IMG/VR virus record: IMGVR_UViG_3300029567_000333
Span: 1-22,230 of that record
DNA: 22,230 nucleotides
Source of the DNA: a virus
Taxonomy: Duplodnaviria > Heunggongvirae > Uroviricota > Caudoviricetes
Strand: one strand, 5' to 3'
Part shown: piece after piece, positions 7,951-16,081 of the stretch
Layout of the letters: each line of letters begins with the position of its first letter
Numbering within the stretch: the stretch's first letter is position 1
The notes under the pieces: generated by a model
Told to the model about the DNA's origin: nothing
Databases searched by the model: none
Seen by the model: only the letters and a program-made list of their open reading frames with translations
Position numbers and translations under genes: made by a program

Positions 7951-8967
7951 TTAATACAGATGAACAGAAGGCGGTAATTCTTTATTCTTAAGCCTTATCC
8001 ATGCAGAAAGATTTGTTGGTCCGTCTGGCTCATTGATATCAACATCTCGTGTGTGGTTGATTAAAACGTCTCTCGCCGTTCCGATAACATACGAGAACTC
8101 ATGACCGTAGTCGTAGCATCTGCCGGAATAGTTCGATTGAATTTGTTTTAATGCCGGATACAGTTCGCGGAATAATGCCTGTGAGCGGTTGGCATAATCC
8201 CATAACCATACAAGGCTGTTTGCTTCTTTTGCGGAAAGCTCGTTGGTGCTCTTCTCTTGTTTGCTAATGAACTCACCTTCAAGTGGAACTCGAGCTGCAA
8301 GTGACAGTGCTTCGGTAAACTGCTCCTCACTGATTTCTTTGTACGAACATCCAAAATGGGATTTCAGTGACGACCACATGGTGATCATCGCCTTCGCCTG
8401 TTTTTCTTTTGGCAGAGACTGACCGCGACTCATGACAAGTTGTTTAATGGCTTCCTGCTGTTCAGTGGTGATTTTGCCCGGCAACGCCTTTTTAGCTTTG
8501 CGCGGGTTAACCACATGGCCTTTAGTCCAGTAGTCATGCAGCACAGTAAAGCATTCTTCCTGGTACTGAATCAGTTTATCGCGGATGTCAGCACGAACTT
8601 TCTCAGGGTTGATGCTGAACAGCCATCCATTTAACTTCTTCAAAGGAAGGCAGAGTAGCTTACGAAGCTTCCCATCAGCAGCAACCATATTCATATGAAT
8701 ACAGTTGAACTTATCTAGTTGTTTCATAAGTTTTTGTTGCTGAGTACCCCAGCTCATTCCGAGGTTTTCAACGATTGGCTTCATCGCAACATATGCAACT
8801 CCTGCAGCCATGGCGGTGATAATTTGCTGACCGTTGAAGGGTACGTAAGAGGTGTTCACTGCTTCTAAAATTGCTATACTATTCATATCAGTTTTCTCGT
8901 AGTTAACTGGTAATTTAGAAGCCTCAATGGTTGCAGCCATTGGGGCTTCGCTGTTTTTAGCGACCAT
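7951..8967 (-). CDS. ant: antirepressor (Ant-like)
   Basis: N-terminal region ([37 protein letters not shown]...[16 protein letters not shown]) has the shape of phage antirepressor N-terminal domains. Lies directly 3' of an Arc-like gene and divergent from an Mnt-like gene, as in P22 immI. ATG at 8967 has a GAGGTGG Shine-Dalgarno and overlaps the arc-like stop by 11 nt. A start at 8886 is also possible. Confidence 0.65.
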   Translation of the reverse strand: MVAKNSEAPMAATIEASKLPVNYEKTDMNSIAILEAVNTSYVPFNGQQIITAMAAGVAYVAMKPIVENLGMSWGTQQQKLMKQLDKFNCIHMNMVAADGKLRKLLCLPLKKLNGWLFSINPEKVRADIRDKLIQYQEECFTVLHDYWTKGHVVNPRKAKKALPGKITTEQQEAIKQLVMSRGQSLPKEKQAKAMITMWSSLKSHFGCSYKEISEEQFTEALSLAARVPLEGEFISKQEKSTNELSAKEANSLVWLWDYANRSQALFRELYPALKQIQSNYSGRCYDYGHEFSYVIGTARDVLINHTRDVDINEPDGPTNLSAWIRLKNKELPPSVHLY

Positions 8968-9130
8968 TCGCCACCTCTTCCCTAACACCTTTTGCCAGCA
9001 AACGAACAATTGCAGAGTTCAGAGATATACAGTCCATTTCCGCCAGGCGGCGAAGGTCTTCATTCAGCCGTGATGGAAGGCGAAGGTTGAGTTTGATATT
9101 TTTGCGCTCAGTGAAAAGTGTATCTTGCAT
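8957..9130 (-). CDS. arc: Arc-like ribbon-helix-helix repressor (57 aa, missed by the ORF track)
   Basis: Translation [57 protein letters not shown] has the beta-strand plus two helices layout of the Arc/MetJ family. AAGGAG Shine-Dalgarno 9 nt before the ATG at 9130. Confidence 0.7.
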   Translation of the reverse strand: MQDTLFTERKNIKLNLRLPSRLNEDLRRLAEMDCISLNSAIVRLLAKGVREEVANGR

Positions 9131-9236
9131 TATCTAATCTCCTTTATTTGGTGCCAAAGTGACGCCATGAAGGCCATAATGCCACCATTGAAATCGTATG
9201 GCAATATGGCACCATGGTTTTTTTGAGAGATTTGCA
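9131..9236. promoter_or_regulatory. divergent promoter/operator region between the arc-ant and mnt-like genes
   Basis: Minus strand: TTGCCA (9204-9199), 17-nt spacer, CATTAT (9181-9176). Plus strand: CATAAT at 9175-9180, so the two -10 hexamers overlap. Dense GCCAT/ATGGC and GGTGCCA/TGGCACC inverted motifs are candidate operator half-sites. Confidence 0.45.
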
Positions 9237-9557
9237 ATGGCCGAAAAACAAGTAAAAGACTACGACAAGTTCAACCTCCGTTTTCCTGACGGAATGCGAG
9301 ATGCTATAGCTGAACGAGCTAAACGTAACGGCAGATCAATGAACTCAGAGATTGTGCAGATACTGGAAGATGCCTTGAATGCAGAAAATACTCTTGGGGA
9401 AATAGCAGACAAAATCAACAGCGTCTCGGTTCCGCTAAATGTTGATGCGCTAGTTCAACTTCAAGCCCAGGTTATCGCCATGCAAAAAGAAATACAGGAA
9501 AAGTTCAGAGAGCAAAACGAAAAGTTAAGAGAACTGCTAAACAAAAAACCCACCTGA
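9237..9557 (+). CDS. mnt: Mnt-like ribbon-helix-helix repressor
   Basis: FNLRFPDGMRDAIAERAKRNGRSMNSEIVQILEDAL closely matches the Mnt/Arc DNA-binding region as I recall it (FNFRMP...EANGRSMNSELLQIVQDAL in P22 Mnt). C-terminal half is heptad-like and coiled-coil-prone. Start taken at the ATG at 9237 (GAGAGA Shine-Dalgarno); the longer N-terminus from 9198 has none. Confidence 0.85.
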   Translation: MAEKQVKDYDKFNLRFPDGMRDAIAERAKRNGRSMNSEIVQILEDALNAENTLGEIADKINSVSVPLNVDALVQLQAQVIAMQKEIQEKFREQNEKLRELLNKKPT

Positions 9558-9570
9558 CGGTGGGTTTTTC
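9543..9570. terminator. bidirectional rho-independent terminator between convergent genes
   Basis: A-run (9543-9548), CCCACC-tgac-GGTGGG stem-loop, then TTTTT (9565-9569). The mnt-like stop TGA lies in the loop, and the convergent minus-strand gene ends at 9571. Confidence 0.75.
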
Positions 9571-10563
9571 TTATTCTTTATCTTTTAAGTCGATGGTTCT
9601 TTGTCCAATAACCTTTTCATCTATGTATTTCTCATACTCTTCTCGAGTATCAGAAACCATTGCAATACCAGTAACCTTACCTATTTGGGTTCTAAGAGCT
9701 TTAACTCCAACCTCTGATAAAAACTGGTGTATTTTATCGTTTTTGCTGCCTTTCTCTTCTTTTGACGTTTTTGCTAAATTAAATACCTTTCCTTCACTTC
9801 TGGCTAATGGGTAGTAAATGTGATCTATCGTAAGATATTTAAACGCCCACGGTCGCCCTCTAACTGGTTTGTCTATACCATACAGACGATACCAATGCTC
9901 ATAAAGTTCAGGGGTGAACTCTCTTTCATACTCACGAGCCTCTTCAGCAACATATCGCTTATATGCTTGAATTACTTCTTCTTTTGTTCTGTCATACCCT
10001 GCCAAAGCATAAACAAGCCCCTGAATTCCCGCCTTGGCTGATGCATCAATAATTATCCTGGCTTGCTTAGCAATCCCTTCCTGACTAGAAAGCAACTTAC
10101 CTTCAGCTTTAGCGTTAGAGATTGCTCGACATAAATCAATTAAGATTGTTACATCGTAGCCATGTATTACAGGGTTAGCTGGTGTGTTCGTGCCCACCTG
10201 TTTGTATTGAAAAATAAGAGGATTTTCAAGTTTTGCCCTTAATTCATGCCCGATATACTGAGAAATAGTTTTCCCCTGAATAAACTTTGGCAACCTGCTG
10301 CCACCTTCGCCAAGACCAATCGCTTCTCCCATGCCTCTCTGGCTAATAACGGCAGTTTTGTTATCATCATTTAACACATAGCACTCAACATCAATCCCGA
10401 ATTCATGCTGGAACGATCCCTTATGCGTAGCAATTAATGGTTTATCCTTCCATCTTGCAGCCGCTGCTTTCTTTGCTATTTCAGAACGCTGCTCTTTAGT
10501 CAGCGACTTTGCGCGAGCGATTCCGCCCTTAGCTTTCCCTTCACCACTTTTCTTTTCAGTCAT
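9571..10563 (-). CDS. hypothetical protein, possibly P63C-domain-like; function unknown
   Basis: 330 aa from the ATG at 10563, which has an AAGGTG Shine-Dalgarno 8 nt upstream. Basic N-terminus (KKSGEGKAKGGIARAKSLTKEQRSEIAKKAAAARWK). The gene is visibly more AT-rich than the structural genes. The P63C resemblance is from memory and unverified. Confidence 0.45.
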   Translation of the reverse strand: MTEKKSGEGKAKGGIARAKSLTKEQRSEIAKKAAAARWKDKPLIATHKGSFQHEFGIDVECYVLNDDNKTAVISQRGMGEAIGLGEGGSRLPKFIQGKTISQYIGHELRAKLENPLIFQYKQVGTNTPANPVIHGYDVTILIDLCRAISNAKAEGKLLSSQEGIAKQARIIIDASAKAGIQGLVYALAGYDRTKEEVIQAYKRYVAEEAREYEREFTPELYEHWYRLYGIDKPVRGRPWAFKYLTIDHIYYPLARSEGKVFNLAKTSKEEKGSKNDKIHQFLSEVGVKALRTQIGKVTGIAMVSDTREEYEKYIDEKVIGQRTIDLKDKE

Positions 10564-10564
10564 A

Positions 10565-10654
10565 ATGCAAGCACCTTTGCTGTGATATATGCTTGCATTA
10601 TATGCACTGTACCCACATACAAGCAAGCATAAAACAAAAGCAAAATGCTTGCAT
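10565..10654. promoter_or_regulatory. array of four 10-bp near-palindromes ATGC(W)(W)GCAT with a putative promoter
   Basis: ATGCAAGCAc at 10565-10574, ATGCTTGCAT at 10589-10598, aaGCAAGCAT at 10621-10630, ATGCTTGCAT at 10645-10654, giving two units of inverted half-sites 24 bp apart. On the minus strand a perfect TATAAT (10602-10597) with a weak TTGCTT -35 lies among them, and the repeats overlap the -35, the transcription start and the Shine-Dalgarno. Confidence 0.55.
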
Positions 10655-10771
10655 TGCAACCGCACTACTCCAACTACACAGTATCATCTGGTATCCTGCG
10701 TAAAACCGAGTGTTGCGTGCTTTTGCTTAAGTTAACGGATACAAACATAGGAAACGTTACAAGGGGAAAGA

Positions 10772-11230
10772 ATGAAATCCAGATTTTTCACAATAGCAAT
10801 ATTTTCTTCCGTTCTTCTATCACTCGCAGCTTATGCTGCATCCGACAAAGATAAGGAAAAAATGATGTCTTTAATAAAAGATGCTTCTCCTTATGTTGCA
10901 GGCATGGGCAAAAGCATTGATGAAGTTTGTCAGGATATGGCTAACGACATGGTAAAAAAGTATGGAAATCAACTTAGTGCTATTGGCAAGTCACCGTCAG
11001 ATATACGAGATTCATCGTATGGTATATGCTTTGACGCTGCATCTTCAGCATCATTATCGCAATCCATAGAAGAAGTAAGCATGTGGAAAAATGCAGCAAT
11101 GCAAAACATTAACGCCACATTCCGAGGCGAGAATGAGCAATCTCCCGCGCGAAAATTTCTCGTTGAGACAATTGATCACTCTGAGAAAATGGCAAAAACA
11201 ATTGCATTCATGCGGGAAATTAGTCAATAG
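10772..11230 (+). CDS. small secreted (periplasmic) protein of unknown function
   Basis: N-terminal signal peptide (MKSR, hydrophobic core FFTIAIFSSVLLSLAA, AYA-AS cleavage motif) with no lipobox cysteine. Two Cys in the mature part. AAGGGGA Shine-Dalgarno. AT-rich. Converges on the tape measure gene with an 8-nt gap. Confidence 0.65.
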   Translation: MKSRFFTIAIFSSVLLSLAAYAASDKDKEKMMSLIKDASPYVAGMGKSIDEVCQDMANDMVKKYGNQLSAIGKSPSDIRDSSYGICFDAASSASLSQSIEEVSMWKNAAMQNINATFRGENEQSPARKFLVETIDHSEKMAKTIAFMREISQ

Positions 11231-11238
11231 CAAATCTG

Positions 11239-13014
11239 CTAAGGCACTGCACTTGAAAATGCCTGATTTACTGATGATCTGCGATTCAACTCCTTAAATC
11301 CTTCGGTTAGTTTTGAGGATTGATCCGTTTTGGCAATTACCTTTACCTCTCCTATGTGCTGGCTGTTGTAATTGTTAACAACGCTTTGGGTATAGGATTG
11401 ATTTGCAGATCCATTAGCCAATCTTTGCTGAGTTTGGTAGTAAGCGGCATTGCTATTTTTCGTTGGGTTACCATAATCAAGACCCCGCTTCCAATCTGGA
11501 TAACCTTCATGCCTAGCCATATAGGCGCTAAGTTTTGCCATAACCTCTGGATCTGAGAGGTTTAGCTTATCATTGGCACCAACGCCCATAGACTTAGAAA
11601 CCTGGTCAATATACGCCTTTGTGTTGTTTTCTGAGGATGGTGCCCACTTGCTTATTATTCCTTGCAACGTATCAAGCTTATCTCTTTTGTAGTATAGAGT
11701 CAGTTGATTCCTGGCGGCCTCCCAACCCTCTTCTGGGTCGAAGTATTGAGCAAATCCGTCTTTGTCTCTTCTTCTGTTTCCAGTAGCTTTAAGATTTAAT
11801 GGGTTATTGTTTCTGTCAGGCCTGTTGACACCATTTTTGTTAGGAGGAATCTCTTTATTTGGATCGTCATAATCCAGCCCAATGAGCCTTTCAAGCCAAT
11901 GCTGCTGAAATGCGAATGGCCGCATCTCATCAGGAACATCTTTATACTGGTCTTGTACCATCTGCCCAAAAATACCAACAGCACCGATTAATCCCAGCTT
12001 GCTTCCTAACCCCTTGCCGCTAAGAAGAGCCATGGCAGCAAGAATGCCCAATGCGTTTCCAGCGCCACCAACGGCTTTAACAAAACCATCAATACCTGTA
12101 CTCAGGTTCCTGAAGAACCCAACAATGTCACCCTTGTTGTTTTTCAGCCACTCTAAAAACTCCTGTTCAGCTTTAAGCACTTCAGGGCCAAATGTAGCCA
12201 TTAATTCTTGTTTAACCTGAGCAAATTGCGAGTCAAGGGCTTTAGTCGTAGCAAGAATGTTGCGCTGTGCTTCTTCCTGCTCTTTGGTCATCTGCCATCG
12301 TTTTTCTTCCTCAGATACCATCTGCACAGCTTTTCCGCTTTTAATATCCCCGGCAAGATTAGGGTCATAACCAAAAGCAGAAAGCACTTGCATTAACTGT
12401 TTCTCGTTATGGTTCTTCCCATATTTCTGAAATTCCGCCAGAGCATCTTCTGATTTACCTCCAAGCTTACTAATATCAATGCCTGTTCTCGCTCCAGTTG
12501 TTAGTAAATTCTGAGCCTCCGGTGTAAGTCCGCCGAAAATTGTTGGGTCTTCTATATTGGCAAGCGCCATCCTGGCGCTCATCTGTGCCCCAAGGAACGC
12601 GCCGCCGTTCTGACCAATTCGGGAGAATCCATACTGAGTACCAAGAACGTTACTGGCGCTTGTTCCAAGCATTCTCCCCATATTACTGGCTCTTACAATT
12701 GACTCCGAAGTACTTTCAAATGCACGATGAATGCCAATGGCTACGGCAGTCAACACACCGCCAACAGCCACAAAGCGTGTCGAAAGCCCCAAAAAACCAT
12801 TAAATGAAGCAGTCAACCCTTTCATTGCAACAGCAGCTTTGTCGGTCTCCTTAGCCGTTTTGGACATCGAGGAGGTTGTTGACCTTTCTATCGCAGATGA
12901 AGATCTCTCTATTTCGTTTTTAAGGTCTTGTGCTTCCTGCTTTACTTTCCGTTTTCCATTCAGGAATTCATCGGCCTTAATTGTGACCTTGTAGGCCAAC
13001 TCATTGATAATCAT
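11239..13014 (-). CDS. tail tape measure protein
   Basis: 591 aa, directly downstream of the chaperone pair. Gly/Ala-rich hydrophobic segments (AVGGVLTAVAIGI, GGAGNALGILAAMALLSGKGLGSKLGLIGAVGIFG) and a charged coiled-coil-like stretch. C-terminal region (NNNPLNLKATG...YFDPEEGWEAARNQL...) looks like a separate globular domain of unknown identity. Confidence 0.7.
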   Translation of the reverse strand: MIINELAYKVTIKADEFLNGKRKVKQEAQDLKNEIERSSSAIERSTTSSMSKTAKETDKAAVAMKGLTASFNGFLGLSTRFVAVGGVLTAVAIGIHRAFESTSESIVRASNMGRMLGTSASNVLGTQYGFSRIGQNGGAFLGAQMSARMALANIEDPTIFGGLTPEAQNLLTTGARTGIDISKLGGKSEDALAEFQKYGKNHNEKQLMQVLSAFGYDPNLAGDIKSGKAVQMVSEEEKRWQMTKEQEEAQRNILATTKALDSQFAQVKQELMATFGPEVLKAEQEFLEWLKNNKGDIVGFFRNLSTGIDGFVKAVGGAGNALGILAAMALLSGKGLGSKLGLIGAVGIFGQMVQDQYKDVPDEMRPFAFQQHWLERLIGLDYDDPNKEIPPNKNGVNRPDRNNNPLNLKATGNRRRDKDGFAQYFDPEEGWEAARNQLTLYYKRDKLDTLQGIISKWAPSSENNTKAYIDQVSKSMGVGANDKLNLSDPEVMAKLSAYMARHEGYPDWKRGLDYGNPTKNSNAAYYQTQQRLANGSANQSYTQSVVNNYNSQHIGEVKVIAKTDQSSKLTEGFKELNRRSSVNQAFSSAVP

Positions 13015-13229
13015 CGCTGCTCCTGATGTTTATTCCAGACCCGCTTGTTAAATGATTCCACCGAGATAATTTCCAGAAGGTTATACATATCACGAACAGA
13101 TAACCTTTCCTGCAAATCGGTATAAGTGGCTTTTCCTGAACAGATAATGGCGTTCATTGATGGTGTGACGTTTACGGGGCTAACGAGTTTTGCCGGAAGA
13201 GTCTCCTCCTCCATGAACGGGTACTTCAC
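13011..13229 (-). CDS. tail assembly chaperone, T-like extension ORF (probably expressed as a frameshift fusion)
   Basis: 72-codon ORF in the -1 frame relative to the upstream chaperone gene. No convincing Shine-Dalgarno of its own. The -1 frame is open from the slippery site into this ORF. Confidence 0.55.
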   Translation of the reverse strand: MKYPFMEEETLPAKLVSPVNVTPSMNAIICSGKATYTDLQERLSVRDMYNLLEIISVESFNKRVWNKHQEQR

Positions 13230-13633
13230 TCTCCGGCGATCGTTAAAAAATCAAAATTGACTTTAAATACCTTATCCATTACCTGACGAATGGTTGATAC
13301 CTCTTCAAAGTCGACAGGCTTCACGGTTCGCACCTGTCTGCTGCCTTCGTGTGTAATCACAATTTGCACAGTTGACATCAGGCGATCACGAAGTTTTCTG
13401 GCGACTTCCGGCGATGCAGCAGAAATAACATTCAGACCAAGGGTGGCAAGGCCAGCACACCCCATGGCAATCACATCAGCAGGAATACCAGAGAATCCCG
13501 ATTCCCCCATGGAGCGGAATAAATCCTGTGCCAGTTCGTCGGCATCCCATGCCGACATCTCTGTGATAATGAACTCCTTCCCATTGTCGCGATTATCGTC
13601 TTCCACGATAAAGGAGATTTCTTTACGTGCCAT
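13226..13633 (-). CDS. tail assembly chaperone (lambda G-like)
   Basis: 135 aa, between the tube and tape measure genes, with a slippery heptamer near its 3' end. Confidence 0.6.
   Translation of the reverse strand: MARKEISFIVEDDNRDNGKEFIITEMSAWDADELAQDLFRSMGESGFSGIPADVIAMGCAGLATLGLNVISAASPEVARKLRDRLMSTVQIVITHEGSRQVRTVKPVDFEEVSTIRQVMDKVFKVNFDFLTIAGE
13244..13250 (-). other. candidate -1 programmed ribosomal frameshift site (T TTT TTA)
   Basis: On the minus strand the heptamer TTTTTTA lies in the zero frame as gaT TTT TTA, six codons before the stop of the 135-aa gene. A -1 slip reads AAC GAT CGC CGG AGA GTG... straight into the 72-aa ORF. Confidence 0.55.
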
Positions 13634-14067
13634 CAGATAGTGCTCCGTGTTACAGACTCAAAGTGAAATACTGCCGGGCGTGGTTGCAGTACGCGCCGAC
13701 CCGGAGGGGTTGGAGTCCATGTATAAAGAACCCCGTTCACAAAATTCCACTTCGCGCCGAGAGCCGGAACTGTAAGCACCGCATTACACTGAAACGCTGA
13801 AATTGCGGTTCTCTCCGCTGCATACCAGTCATCAATCAGCGAGCCAGCATTGGATGTGGGCATCAGGTTGATGGTGAACTCTGTCGGGTTAAAGATAAAA
13901 CCAGCATGGTATTTACCGTCCGCTGACATCATGTCTTCTTTGTTCTGTAACGCACCAGTTTCAAACATGTTATCAGCTGCGTAGTCGTCAACATCAAAAC
14001 CGCCAGGGTAGTAAGCGGGTACGACGATTCGCAGCTTACTGTTTGCCGAGGTAATATCGATAGGCAT
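13633..14067 (-). CDS. tail tube protein
   Basis: 144 aa, immediately 3' of the sheath-sized gene and 5' of the chaperone pair. Positional call. Confidence 0.6.
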   Translation of the reverse strand: MPIDITSANSKLRIVVPAYYPGGFDVDDYAADNMFETGALQNKEDMMSADGKYHAGFIFNPTEFTINLMPTSNAGSLIDDWYAAERTAISAFQCNAVLTVPALGAKWNFVNGVLYTWTPTPPGRRVLQPRPAVFHFESVTRSTI

Positions 14068-14078
14068 GATTTATTCCC

Positions 14079-15569
14079 TTATAAAATCGCGGTTGAGGAC
14101 ATCGTGATGGACTGAATAAGTTGCCCATCGACATAATAAAAAATGACACCTTTCAGGTCGCGCTCAATGCGTGCAGAGCCTGACTGTGTCGGGATGTACA
14201 GGAACCAGCCCTGTGAATACAGCGTCGATGAGATATCTTTTCCAACTGTGTTATTCACAATTCTGGTTTGCGCATTATCAAGTTTCACGCCGCGCTGAAT
14301 AGCCCCGAAATTGAGAGCCTGTTCAGCAACATCAATAACAGCAGCAGAAACTGCGCCGTATCCTGTCTCATTGAACGGGTAAGACTGGTTATTGGTGAAC
14401 AGGTTGGCAAAAGCACTAACCAGATTGGCATTAATCCATACCTGATTAATAAAACTGTCCAGCCATACAAACTTTCCAGTAATGGCACCATCAGATGCGT
14501 ACTGCGCCATTGTTTTGTTCAGGCTGTATGATCCGTAGAAGTTGTAACCGTTTGACTTCAGTGCCTGAGCGGTCGCCAGATCTCTGACGTTGGGTGCTAA
14601 CCCTGAAAATCCACGGAACTTGAACGAGATACGCCCATTGGTGCGTGCAAAATCCACGGATGCAGCATATGCCAGTGCTGTAACGCTATACAGGTATGTT
14701 CCGTACACCGGAAAAATGTTCTCGTAGCCATTTGCCACAACCACTTTCTGCACAAAGCAATTGGCATTATTTGCTACCGTTCCTGCTGAGGTGGTGTCGT
14801 GAACAACATATCCAAACCGGTTTTTACTGCTGCTTGCCCATGCGCACAATTCTGTTTTCTGGTCATCGGTCAGTTCGACCAGCGAGTTAAACAGGATCCA
14901 GTTCTGGTTGACGTTGATGATGTTGTTCATCGTGTCTGTCAGCGTTACCGCATCAGAACCCGGTGATACAATCGCTGCGGAATCCTGCGTCAGTAACAAC
15001 CCGGTAGCCAGAGCGCCAGCAGAAGCATAAGACACTTCACTCTCTGCGCCAGTAGTGGCAGAGCGAATGATGAATCGGTTAGCGATTGGCAACCATTCAA
15101 CCACCACCTTGCTTGCACCAATTCCAACCTGCAACTTGGACGCAATGTCACTAAAACTTGTGGCTGTGGACAAATCAATTGATGTGCTGGTAGTCGACTC
15201 ACCGTCAATGGAAAGGGTGATTGTTCCTGCTGGAATCGCTTTCAGTGTTGCCAGGGCAACACCTTTCAGGTTGCCGGACAGAAGATACCCAGCCACTGGT
15301 GAAGTAACAATACGATACATCAGCAGTTCACCAGGAATAACGGATGAGTTTTCGTAGCCGTTAAAATACTGTTGTGCGGCGAGGAATTCTTTCGATTCAC
15401 TCCCCATCAAAGCTGATACATCAGATGAGGAGTAATAAGATTGTACCGCGCCAACCGGGATAAGCTCGTTATCGGTCAACATCAGGCCGTTAGCATCAAC
15501 CGCAGAACCGGCAGGCGTAACGACATTGGGCGTGATATTAAAATCTACAGATAAAGGGATTGTGCTCAT
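14079..15569 (-). CDS. tail sheath protein
   Basis: 496 aa, upstream of the tube gene. Size and position match a contractile-tail sheath. Confidence 0.65.
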   Translation of the reverse strand: MSTIPLSVDFNITPNVVTPAGSAVDANGLMLTDNELIPVGAVQSYYSSSDVSALMGSESKEFLAAQQYFNGYENSSVIPGELLMYRIVTSPVAGYLLSGNLKGVALATLKAIPAGTITLSIDGESTTSTSIDLSTATSFSDIASKLQVGIGASKVVVEWLPIANRFIIRSATTGAESEVSYASAGALATGLLLTQDSAAIVSPGSDAVTLTDTMNNIINVNQNWILFNSLVELTDDQKTELCAWASSSKNRFGYVVHDTTSAGTVANNANCFVQKVVVANGYENIFPVYGTYLYSVTALAYAASVDFARTNGRISFKFRGFSGLAPNVRDLATAQALKSNGYNFYGSYSLNKTMAQYASDGAITGKFVWLDSFINQVWINANLVSAFANLFTNNQSYPFNETGYGAVSAAVIDVAEQALNFGAIQRGVKLDNAQTRIVNNTVGKDISSTLYSQGWFLYIPTQSGSARIERDLKGVIFYYVDGQLIQSITMSSTAIL

Positions 15570-16081
15570 GGGCGGTTATCCACCTGTTCAGTTGAAATTT
15601 CTGCTTTGTCGAAATAGTCCTGCTGGAACGACACGGTGATGTGTGCTTGCAGGGAAAGAGTTAACGTGTAACGCTCCTGCCACTGACTCTCGGCGTTGAT
15701 CATCGGCGCCTGAATGACAGGAGATGAGTAAAGCGGTGCAAGACGTGCATCAATAGCCTTGATGATGTCGTAGCCATATCCACTGGTGAATGTTGTTTCC
15801 AGTGCAATAGCTCTATCCCCAGCCCCCTGACCATAGATATCTACCTGAATATCAGCCTGGCGGACTTCCGTATATCCCATGGCGCTTGTGTCCGGAGAGC
15901 CGGTATCTTGCTTAAGCTCTCTCGTCGTGGATAGTCTGGTGAATCGCAAAGGGGTCAGGATGCAGAACTGATCCTTGGGCATTGGTACACGGTTAGCCTG
16001 AGCCTGCAGGCATTTACCAGCGATAGGTTCTATGTAGCCAGCAAGTACATCGATAATATTATCGACAGTGAAATCATTCAT
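15566..16081 (-). CDS. neck / tail-completion protein
   Basis: Start moved to the internal ATG at 16081, which overlaps the upstream stop (ATGA). Positional call. Confidence 0.4.
   Translation of the reverse strand: MNDFTVDNIIDVLAGYIEPIAGKCLQAQANRVPMPKDQFCILTPLRFTRLSTTRELKQDTGSPDTSAMGYTEVRQADIQVDIYGQGAGDRAIALETTFTSGYGYDIIKAIDARLAPLYSSPVIQAPMINAESQWQERYTLTLSLQAHITVSFQQDYFDKAEISTEQVDNRP

Noticed and set aside
9198-9236. Longer N-terminus of the mnt-like gene (MAIWHHGFFERFA)
   Set aside because: No Shine-Dalgarno before 9198, and the extension overlaps the predicted promoter and operator. The ATG at 9237 is preceded by GAGAGA.
10607-10622. LexA-box-like CTGT-N8-ACAA
   Set aside because: The last base deviates from CTGT-N8-ACAG and the spacer is C-rich rather than AT-rich. 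More likely a chance match inside the promoter region.
10564-10665. Longer N-terminus of the 330-aa unknown gene (MRLQCKHFAFVLCLLVCGYSAYNA...), which resembles a signal peptide
   Set aside because: It would be translated across the operator repeats and the perfect -10 box. The internal ATG at 10563 has a strong AAGGTG Shine-Dalgarno, so the signal-peptide-like stretch is probably not translated.
11320-12396. Plus-strand ORFs inside the tape measure gene (for example 11320-11556, a hydrophobic 78 aa)
   Set aside because: Antisense to the tape measure gene. The hydrophobic translation mirrors the Gly/Ala-rich coding strand. No independent expression signals.
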